Assembly (NCBI GenBank): GCA_030704615.1
Contig: CM060734.1
Span: 19,406,001-19,470,000 of the forward strand
From: Takakia lepidozioides
Taxonomy: Eukaryota > Plantae > Bryophyta
DNA: 64,000 bases
Direction of reading: 5' to 3'
The notes under the pieces were generated by a model. That model ran no database searches and had not been told where the DNA came from. It saw only the letters and a list, made by a program, of their open reading frames with translations. Each line of letters begins with the position of its first letter. Position 1 is the first letter of the stretch. This document shows, in pieces, positions 53,749 to 64,000 of the stretch. The translations under genes were made by a program, and so were the position numbers.

Positions 53749-54964
53749 ACACTACGAGAAGTGGGAGAACCCATGAACTCCCAAGGATGAGCAAGACGAA
53801 TAATCAAGGAACCAACATTTTCGTAAAGGACAGAGATTTAAAAGACTTTATTTAAAAACTATTTGAGATGGGGATTTGCGGGGCGGGCTTATTGGCTCCT
53901 CCCTATAAGGGAGAGACCAAGCATTGGTGCCAAAAATGAGTAAGATCCTGATATACCTCCACTAGATAATACCTACATGAAGCAGATGATCCTCCCCCAC
54001 TTAAATGTTAGCTTGAATATACCTTGATTGGATAAGACCCATAAGAGTGATTCTTACACATGTAAATATTCATATGCTTATATAGGCTTATATACGCGTT
54101 GTAACTTAGGGTTGTTTTTTTTTCAGGGAAGACGTGTGTTACGCGGGGATGCAGAATGGCAGCATCTTCGCTGAAAAGCTTTAGGGTTTTGTTTATGGCA
54201 GAGAAGACGCGCAGGGATGGGGGGATGGCAGCGTCTTCATGCATGGTTTTCTGGAAGTACAAGAGCATGAGAGGGAGTCCTCCATATGTGTGCAGGTGGG
54301 ATTTGCAACCAACCCGAAGCAGCTACAAGTATGTGTTATCGTCTCTTAATTCTGAAACAACACGGTTATTGGTGCAATTTCTCTCATGTCTTGTTGGAAA
54401 TCGGAGTCTGTGGCTGCTTGGTCCAGGTTTATCGAGAGCATATCCTACTGGCATGCTCTTCCTGCTTGTGCCATGCTGTAATCTTTAAGCTCTAGATGCA
54501 CATAGGTACATTATTCCTTCCTTGCTCTTAGAGAGGATGTTTGAGAGAGTCGTGGCCATCAAATGCGGTTTAGTGGTGTGACAGATCTATTGCAATTGAG
54601 GATTAAACCAAAGTTGTGCGGTCTGCCAGCAGAAATGAAACGAAATGAAATGGTACTTTATAACGTCCGCGGAAAGTTCAAAGAGCTTATGGGACAAAAT
54701 GGGGAAAACAACATGAGAGAGGAAACAAGACCAGAGCCAAAAAATAAGCAGAGAAAGACTCCAATTGCACACAGATTTGGAATGTCTGTAGAGAGAAAAA
54801 TTCTTCAATTACTATTTGATTAGTCAGTTAATAAGGTGTTGGAGCATGCATAGATCAACACAGATGAATCAAAGTTGTGCTGTCTTTTCAGTTTGGGGTT
54901 TGCTGTCACATTTTAGGTTTCACCTTGTTCATGTTATCTTCTAGGCTTCCTCACTATCTCTCTA

Positions 54965-55325
54965 TTTACAGTTTTACAGTCTTACAGTTTTACAAATTTA
55001 CAGTTTTATAGTTTCATGGATCTTTAGTATATATCTTTTTAAACATATAAAGAGATCTCCAAAAGGTCCTCGAGCAAGGTCACTAGTGCAGCTGCTCCAG
55101 CCCCTTCGGACTCGAAAAAGTCACGTAATCATCTCATAGGGACTTCCGAGCAGCAACCCCTGGAAGTCAATAGCAACAAAACAGCCCACCTAAATAAGTT
55201 TCTCAGTGAGTATTTCAGTTTTACAGTTTTACAAATTTACAGTTTTATAGTTTTATGGATCTTTAGTATATATCTTTTTAAACATATGAAGACATCTAGA
55301 TAAGTTTCTCGGTGAGTATTTCAGT
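54965..55325. repeat. ~85-110 bp local duplication containing (CAGTTTTA)n
   Basis: 'tttacaaatttacagttttatagttt.atggatctttagtatatatctttttaaacatat' at ~54990 and ~55228. Confidence 0.8.
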
Positions 55326-56589
55326 ATTTTATCAGTATTTCACTTAAAAAAACATTTTTCAGCTCATTATAAACTTCATTTTTCTCAATTGTCATATTGT
55401 AAATTTATTTGCTTTTCATTTCAAATTACTTCTTTATATTTCTATTACCGTAGCACCTTGGCAAGATCGATAATCATCTGTCGAATATTTATTTTATTTT
55501 GAGAATTTCATTTCAACATATGAAATATTCTCAAAGATGTTTTATTATCATTCACAAAGTTACTTAATTTCACAAAATCAATTCCCAAAATTTTCAACAA
55601 TCTTTGAAATATTAAAATTTGTGTCGAAGTTGACAAGGTACTACGGTATCTCAATTACATACTTAAAAGTTTTTATTTCATATTCACATTTATTTTATAT
55701 CATTCTGCTTTGCATGCCCAATCCATGTTCTCACTTTCACCACGGTTTTAATTTCATAGTTTTAAAATTTTAAAATCTAACAATTGAACAAGACCAATAT
55801 ATCAGCTTGAAGTTCAATTTTTCACTTCATATCATATGATTTATTTCAAGGAAATAATTATATTCAAAATTCTCTAATCTAATAATTTTTCATTAATCTA
55901 ATTAATATTACACTTTTTTGTTTACGATTATTGTTGCGGTTAACAACAAAATTTCTTAATTCATCTTCTTCTTTATGTAAATCCTACATTTCTCATTTAT
56001 TAATGTTTACATACTTAACTACAACATAGTAAATTGCATCCAAAAAAATTCATCCATCCAAAAAAATAGTCAGTATTTCAACAAATATCTCAATATTTTA
56101 CTAATTCAGAAAATTGAAAGATCAGTTATAGTATCATACATTATACTTAATTTTTGCTCTTATGGTACATGTTCATTTAGGTCATTGTTCTATATTGAAA
56201 AAGATCAAATTTAAAATTTTATGAGAGGATTTGATGATTATTATATTTTCAATTGCCAAAGTTGTCAATAAAAATAATACAATAAGCTGATTGTTATCAT
56301 ATATTTTCATATAACAGATATTCTAATATGAAGACTGAATGATGCTTAGGTTTTTTCGATTTAAGTCTATTCTCTATTATAGGGAATTTGTTTTTTATTT
56401 TGTTTTTTAAATCTACAAATAAAATAAAGTTTTTCCAGGGTCTCTGGTCTCTGCCCTTGTTATACATATATGTTTAGTTTCAATATAAAATTATAAATAA
56501 ATATTCTACTCTCAAGGTGGAGCCATTACACGACTAGCCGCTTGTTAAAAAGCTTTTGCATGCCGTCAAGATTTGTGGGAGAGACCGAT

Positions 56590-57575
56590 GTCAAGTGTCC
56601 AATGTCATCTAAGTCTAAGTGTAATCCCGAAGCCCACTTTATTGATACATCCACTTTGATATTTTTCACCAATTTCCAGCGACCAAAAGTACTTGAAATT
56701 CCAAATCTCCCACCTGAAGGGGCCAATCTTTGATATTTTTTCCGAATTTCCAGCGACTAAAAGTACTTGAAATTCCAGATCTCCCACACCGCAAGTCCAA
56801 AAATCATGAGGCCAAGCCGGTGCACGTCTCCTCATCGAGGGCTTTCCAATGCGACCAAGGCGCACCGGGGCTGGGCTGCGGTTTGGGAGATCTCAACCAC
56901 TTTATAAAACAAAACAAAACAAACAAAACGTCTCGCTTCATCATATACTAGGGTAGCCTGTGTTGTTGGCCCAAGTATCTAGTGTCATCATGAATCCAGA
57001 GACCCTACAGTTTGGGAGATCTCCACGTCATTGTTCCATGAAAGCCCACTTTGTTATTTTGCTAGGGTAGTCTGTGCCGTTGCCCAATTGTCCAATGTCA
57101 TCTAAGTCCAAGTGCAATCTCCTATGAATCGAAGTGCAGCTCCTATTGAGGCTTCAATATACCCACATTGCTAATTTTCACGAATTTACAGCGATATTGT
57201 GAATGCCAATATTTAAAAAAGCCCAATTTACATTTATGTCCAAGTGCACAAAAGACATGAAAGGCCAATCATTGTTCCAGGAAAGCCCACTCATTGTTCC
57301 GGGAAAGCCCACTCATTGTTCCGGGAAAGCCCACTTTGCTATTTTTCACGAATTTCCAGCGACCAAAAGTCCTTGAAATTCCAAATCTCCCATATGAAGG
57401 GCCAATCAAGCCCACTTTGCTATTTTTCGTGAATTTTCAGCGACCAAAAGTACTTGGAATTCCAAATCTCCCACATTGCGGTTCCAAAAATCATGAGACC
57501 AAGCCGGTCCACCCCTCCTCATCAAGGGATTTCCAATGGCACCAAACAAAATAAACGTCTCGCTTCATATATCGA
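56590..57575 (-). mobile_element. Further units of the same Helitron-like repeat
   Basis: CTAGGGTAG(C/T)CTGTG at 56948 and 57062; 5' end TCGATATATGAAGCG at 57575 (minus strand), preceded by A. Confidence 0.65.
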
Positions 57576-57969
57576 TTGACGTTGATGGTTTTTGCATTTT
57601 TTTTGAAGTAAAATATTATTATTTTAATACTGAGTTCTTTTTTGGTAAAACATGGTTGATATCTTTGAAACATCTGCAAATTGCTACTAGTTGGCATTTC
57701 CAGAGTTCATGTTGATCTGAAGCGGCTCGCAGATAGCAGGGTTCAAATCAAACCTAGAAAGTAAATCAACAACAAGATAAGCGGTGCCTTGGTATTATAC
57801 TTATTTAGTCATACGTATCTGTTTGACTTGGTTTAAAAATCATACCGTGCAGGGCATTTATGGTTTTCCTGTGGCATTTGTTGGAGCAGGTAGAGGACAA
57901 GGGCGCCTAAATTTTTCATTCAGAATGCATGTTCATCCAACTTCATCCACATCAGTTACGCCGTTAATT

Positions 57970-58018
57970 TTTAAAACCACGCGGCCTGATTCAGGTCGCG
58001 TGGTCGTTTAAGGGTTAA
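57970..58018 (-). mobile_element. Lone piggyBac-like terminus (TTAA|CCCTT) with subterminal hairpin
   Basis: AAGGG-TTAA at 58010-58018; ACCACGCGGCCTGA-T-TCAGGTCGCGTGGT at 57976-58004. Confidence 0.45.
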
Positions 58019-58959
58019 CTGAAGTGGGTTTCTCTTGGATGGAAAGGGGAAGATACTGCATCATGGATATTGACAAGTACCCTTCATATGTCAAGGACAT
58101 TGTTTTTATTTGTCATTCTTGTGATAGTTGGTTTGTTTGATGAATGCCATAATGAGGAGTTTACATTTAAAGACTCGCTGTCGTGATCGCATCTTCTCCC
58201 ACCTCACCCCTCTAAGTCCATTCTGCACTCACACTACTCCACAAACATATTCAAAATATATCATGCCAATATTCTTTTTTCATCAATCTTTTGTTCTGTC
58301 TCATTTTTATTTTTTATTTTATTTTTATTTTTTTGGGTAAATGATGAATTCGCAGTCCCGACACATTAGCAGTTACACTCTCCTTTCAAGTACAATTATG
58401 CACTGGACAATTTTATCAACTTTTTCATCCAAAACAAGGTATGGATCCTTTTCTATATTGTCCACAACCCAAGTTAATATAGACCTACACTACCAATCCT
58501 TACTTCCACATGAAGGAACTGGACCTCAATAAAAGAAGGCCTAAACTTGATAAGATGAATTGATGACCCAAAAACATGAATGGGATGACTCGAACCAAAA
58601 TCCTCTATCATAGTTTTTATAATTCATGACATTTTTGTTTGCTTCAATATGCACATAGTTCCGTTCATATGGATGAATGATCATTTCATCAATAGATGAA
58701 AGTCATAATGATAATATATACATAAGTTACACTTGCTTCGGCAATGCGTCCACCTTTCTTTTTACATATACCTTTGTTTTAGAATCCTCTTATCTATATC
58801 GCTCTTCCATAGTAGGTATTTGGTTGTTTGGCTTGTTGCGGCCCTTTGGACATCTGACTTGGCCATAGCCAATGATTCCCTCGGATAGAAAATTGTGCTT
58901 TGCTCATTTTCAAATTGTCCAACCCTAATTAGAGAACACCACAATAATGTTGAAATATA

Positions 58960-60150
58960 TAGATGAGGGTGAGGAAGGAGAGGAGGGAGATGGAAACTTG
59001 ATGGAAAGGGAAATTGAGAATGCATGTTTGTATGTGGTTATATGCAACACAACACATACACTCTTTTGGTGTTAAGTTGCTATATAACAAATAAGTGTTA
59101 AGTTTGACTTTTATAGATCAAAACATTTTCTTGCGCTCCGGTTTGAGTCCAAATGATAAGAACTTTTACCAACCATGTAATCAAAAACTTTAGACTTTCG
59201 TATGGTTGATGTACCCACATTGAAATGATCTACCATATGTGTAGCACTATACCCATGAGCAAACCTATATAGAACAATGGCCACAATTTTTCTGATCTCT
59301 AATTGTGGCCTCACAGGATTAAGACATTGAGATTGCAAGAAAGGTGTCAATTCTAAAACCACGTTGTTGAAAGCTTCAGAACTCATCCTGTAAAACATTA
59401 AACATTTCTTGTCTCTCATTTCAGGTGTACTATGCCACACGTTTTTTTCTACATTATCCCAGTATTGTCTAGGTTCTTTCCACCGCAAGCGAGGTGGGTG
59501 ACTCTTCCTCTTTGCAATGACACAGAAAATTGGAAGGAAACTAAACCCTATTGACGGTTCATTGTCTGCAAGCAAGTGCCTCAATCTGGACTTGAACATT
59601 GCACAGTTTCCTAAGGTAACCGAAAGAAGCATCCAAATGAGGAGAATCCCTCACATGAGAGCTCGGTCTATTTTTCTATGGTTGGTTTTGATAAAGAGGC
59701 ATCTTAGCATGTAATAGCAAGGCGCACCTAATCACATGTGATGGCAAGCAAGCTTCGGTAAAAACCAGAACAAAAAAGAAGAGCGCGGCAGGGCAACCAA
59801 CCGTTCGCCGCATGTGCCGTGTACGGCCGTTCGCTTCGCTCGACTGAGGTGGGGCCCGCCGCTGGCGAATTCTCCAGGCGAACGGGAAATCACAAAGTGC
59901 ATATGCGCGGGCCTAGATGAGGGTTGAGGAAGGAGAGGAGGGAGATGGAAACTTGATGGAAAGGGAAATATGGGAATGCATGTTTGTATGTGGTTATATG
60001 CAACACAACACACACACTCTTTTGGTGTTAAGTTGCTAAACAACAAATAAGTGTTAAAATTGACTTTTATAGATCAAAACATTGGCTTGAGCTCGACTTT
60101 GAGTCCAAACGATAAGAACTCTTACCAACCATGCAATCAAAGTCTTTAGA
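58960..60150. repeat. ~235-bp direct repeats (58960-59194 and 59914-60150) bracketing a Harbinger fragment
   Basis: Both copies run from TAGATGAGGGT to CTTTAGA with high similarity. Confidence 0.85.
59195..59520 (-). pseudogene. PIF/Harbinger (HARBI1-like) transposase N-terminal fragment
   Basis: FYRMSSEAFNNVVLELTP...KIVAIVLYRFAHGYSATHMVDHFNVGTSTIRK (helix-turn-helix region); the DDE core is missing. Confidence 0.8.
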
Positions 60151-61744
60151 TGATAATATATAGGATGGCACAAATATCATAAATTCTCTATTTTGAAACG
60201 AGAAGTTCGCTTCCTAACCCAACAAATAAAGCATCCTTCATTTTTTTTAAGCTCTTAAGACTTATCCTCCAAATCTGTAGCTCTTTGCAAGCGTTATTCA
60301 CTTGCATGTCTAGCTTGGATATAGTCTGGCCATGCTCAAAGCCTGTCAGCTCCCTCTCCTTGGCATGTATGTTGTCACATTTCTCTTCAATTAAGAGTTC
60401 TATATACAATCAACAAAACTATTTCTTACAACTATGAAATGCATTCTATTAATAAATGCCTTGTCTCCAATAACATGTGTTGGTAAAATACAACATTAAG
60501 GTATGATGCAATGCATGACTTATCTCATGTAAAAATTAATACTGGAGGTATAAAAGCCATGTGATATGATGGACTTTAGAAAGCCCACTTGACAAATAAC
60601 AAATAACGTGTTCAATCTGTTCTTGCACTGATTCAATTCTTTAATCGGGGCACAAGTAGACACACCATCTTAATATTGGTGCACTACATGTCAGTGAGGT
60701 TGTCTCTCAGTTTGGATGCCCCCCCCCCCTCCCTCCCTCCGCCTATGTGTATGTGGTTGCTGCTTACTTCTAGAGTTTTGGAGCTGCGATTATTCCTCCT
60801 TATGCTATATTTCACGAATATAATGAATATTAGATTGACAAATTTAAAATTTGAGATCATTTTCTCCCCCCCTTTTTTTAAGTAACTTTAGCTCTACTGA
60901 AATACATTGTGGATATGAAAGATGCAAAAGTAATTGTATTTAGGCCTCTGCAGGAGGGAGTGGTCACAACATGTGCGTAGAGATGTATTCAAGTAAAATG
61001 GTGCAGTATAAGTAAAATTAAAAGGCATTTTTGTGTGAGATATTTGTACGTGTTGTGAACATTTGTGCCAAAGTAGAGAATCAATAGCTACATGGACAAC
61101 TATCAGTTCTATCTTCAGAAAATTAAATTTCAACCATCAAAGACACGAAAGTACTGAATCACGATTTAAAAAAAAAAAAAATACAGAACAGGGGAGTGGC
61201 CCTGGAAATTTATCAAAGGAAGATTGAAGATACAAGAGGAAAAAATAACCTCTTTTTCTATTTGTTACTTATCACAAATGCAAGCACCAACCACCAATAT
61301 CTTAGAAGATTTTGGAGAACATATATGTACATTGTGGCGGAGATCCCATGCATAGCTGAGTGGTTAGGGCATAATACCATTTCAAAAACTAGTGGTTGTC
61401 GGCTCAAAACCACATAAGTGTCACGTTGGATGTGTCAAGTTAAATAAGCACAGTGTGAAAACAACTAGAATAAAGCTAGTTATTTGTATTTAACACTTGG
61501 ATTTAGGTCAAGTGTTAAATCAGGTGTCAAGTTTAGTTTGACACCTGAACCGTCTTATCTTCACGAGAGCGGCAGTCGCGCAGCTCATCTCTCTCGAGTT
61601 GAGCCTGCGCGACCGAGCTCCTTCATGCGTTCAGATCTGAGTGTGCTTATGATGGGAGTGTAGGTTGTTGTGGGGTGGAGTCCCCATAGCGTGGGGTGCC
61701 CCTGGCTCGACTTCTATTTTAAAGAGTGATAGCGATGGATTTCA

Positions 61745-64000
61745 TACGACGTGATGCCTCAGAAAGAGAAGGCACCGCCGTGGTCCCAGTGGAAAATCCC
61801 ATAGCCCGCTCTCGCTCGTCGGCATTAGGCTCCACTAACTGTTGCAACTAAGCATCCCACAGGAGGCCAGGTCCACCATCCCGAAAAGCATGGGATCCTG
61901 GGAAGCTGAGCAGTGTAGGTAATGCTACTCGTGGTTGACCCACCCTGTTGACCACTGCCAAAGGCGAACGGTCATCGTGTTTCACACGTTGAGACTGCCT
62001 CCCTATGTCCAAAATGCTGTCCACTATGAGGTGTGTTGGCCGCTGCACCCCATCAAATGCACGCTTGAGCAGTGCGGGTGGCATCAAGTTAGTCCACCAT
62101 AGCCGTGGACGATGAGCCCGTGATCCCACTGCAACTACATCCAGCAGCACTGCTAACCCAAGCCACGACTTGATGCACACTGGCCATCACCCTGGCCCGA
62201 GGCCCATCAGTGGCACATTCTCCAAGATGTATGTTGGCGATACAGCTTGATGAAGCTGCAAGTGGCGCAAAATCCGCACCATCTCCCAAAACAGACCCGT
62301 CCTCGAGTCTCGCAATCCATTGCCATGCCCGGTTGATGAATGCCCTTGGCAGGGCCAACCTGCCACTACCAGATCAATGGAGCCAACCTGCTCCAAATCC
62401 GGCGCCCCCAGCAACGAAATGTCTGCTAGCAAGGCTTGTTGGTATCCACGAACTGCAGACACTAGCAACAAAGCAGAGTACTGCTGTACCAACTGAGCAA
62501 CATGGCGCAGTGAGACGCGTCGTGCAGTCTCATCCCTCTCCACATACAGGTAACGCCTTACCCGCACACCTGCCTGTAGCACAGCAGCCAATTCCGTGCC
62601 GATCCCGCCAAACAAGTCCAGAAGGCAAATGCCTTTATCCGGATACTGCCACACAATAGGTGTGGTTTCCAATGGTGACAACTGAGGTGGTCCTGGTGCA
62701 ATACCCGCACTCTCCTCCTCTCCTGACGGTACAAAAGCCTCTACCTAGGCTTGTTGCACCCGTCGATCAGCAACCTGCTGCAAATCCTTGCTCGTACCCC
62801 ACAATGGAGTGTGAGCAACCATGGCAGACCACTCCACCATACCATGCATGTCATCCTGCTCTGCTGGAGGTGGCACATCCTCTGAATGGGCATTGCCTTC
62901 CAGCAACTCTCCAGGCCAACTAACTGTAGCTGTAAAGGCGGCTAGTATTGGCATCTTGCCCCGTTGGGCAGCCGCAATATCCTCAATGAATGTCACAGGG
63001 AGCTGTACACGACGACCATCCCCTGACTGCCATCCAGGCCTGTAGAATGCTGACTCCTCCCAAAAGTCCAGGGTGAAGCCCATGGGGTATAACACTGCCC
63101 CACCCACGAGGACATCGTAAGAGACCGCGTCTGTCACAATGGCCTTGGCTCGCATCAATGAGCCATCTGTAGGGTGATCCGGCTACAGTCTAATGGCCAA
63201 CTGATGTCGTGTCATCCCCCGAGCCTGCTCTGATCCTCCCAGAGATGTCTGTATTTGGAAATGACAAGGCTCCATATCCGCCTCCATGAGGCCCAAACCT
63301 GCAATAGCAGCCCTGCCCAACATCAGTGGCTGAGCTCCCGAGTCCAACAAGACCCGCAGTGGCCGGTACTTCTTGCCTGCCGATCCACTCAAAGAGAAAA
63401 TGCCATCCTGGTTGTCTAACAAGACAACTCCAGGTGTCACCATGGCGCGCTCAAAGGCTGGCCTAGCTGGCAGCTCCGTCAACCTGGCAGCTGTAGCTTG
63501 CTAGGGCGCAGCCGTGGCAGTCTTGACCCTCAAATCCGAGGATCCCTCTGCCACTACACCTTCCACTAACTCCGAAGAAGATGAAGTGACCTCCCCACTC
63601 TCACAGAGTGTTGCTGTTAGTCTGAACACTGCAGCTGGCCTTACCCCCGGCGTCGCAATCATGGTTGCCGAGAATAGTGGGGCTTGACACACAGAGGTGG
63701 CTGCCCCCAATAACACACCGGCTGCACTAGCCTTGGTAGCAGGTGTCAGTGCTGCACGTGTAGCTCTCCCCAATGGCATAGTAACCTCCGCCTCGGTAAC
63801 AGTCGGGCGAGAACTAGGTGCCATGGATGGCGTCGACACAGTCTCCGCCAATGTGAATGACTGAGGAAGCCTCGCCTGACGGCTTGCCTCCCCACGCTGT
63901 GGATCCAATTCCACCTCTGCACCTCGTGGCTCAGGAACTCGTGCTGCTCCTCGAGTCACGACTGCAGCAGACTCCACCTGCTCTAGTGGTAGTGCTGCTC
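61745..64000 (-). pseudogene. LTR-retrotransposon (Ty3/gypsy-like) polyprotein: low-complexity gag-like tail, aspartic protease, C5 cytosine DNA methyltransferase; single frame with five in-frame stops, truncated before RT
   Basis: RVLLDSGAQPLMLG and YDVLVG (retropepsin). LDLFGGIG (motif I), VERD (II), AGWPCQG (IV), ILENV (VI), AHRPRLWWTN (VIII), EPNADERERAMGF (IX). ORFs starting at 63977, 63482, 63158, 62681 and 62180 share one frame. Confidence 0.9.

Overview
Eukaryotic nuclear DNA, most likely from a non-seed land plant (bryophyte/lycophyte/fern-like; inferred from PLS-type PPR fragments fused to OSB 'PDF' motifs and from the TE families present). Only one intact host gene was found: a 13-exon mitochondrial-type long-chain polyprenyl diphosphate synthase (GPS1/SPS3/COQ1-like, minus strand, ~43.8-48.6 kb). 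The rest is a nest of decayed transposons. (1) A CACTA TnpD pseudogene with its right TIR at 7615. (2) A second CACTA-like element (~7.6-18.3 kb) encoding a degraded ParB/Srx-like protein with a possible amino-methyltransferase-like tail, and carrying ~18 copies of a 16-bp palindrome in its non-coding parts. (3) Two copies of a TGT...ACA element with 4-bp TSDs (Ginger/GingerRoot-like or solo LTR). (4) A ~25 kb Mutator-like element (TIRs at 18296 and 43175) with an At4g13970-type SWIM transposase, a zinc-finger/Ulp1 gene broken by a 1.3-kb inversion, and scrambled PDF-PPR cargo. (5) Tandem non-autonomous Helitrons, plus Harbinger and piggyBac-like remnants. (6) At the right edge, a retroelement polyprotein with aspartic protease fused in frame to a C5 cytosine DNA methyltransferase. 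All calls come from manual motif reading; no searches were run.
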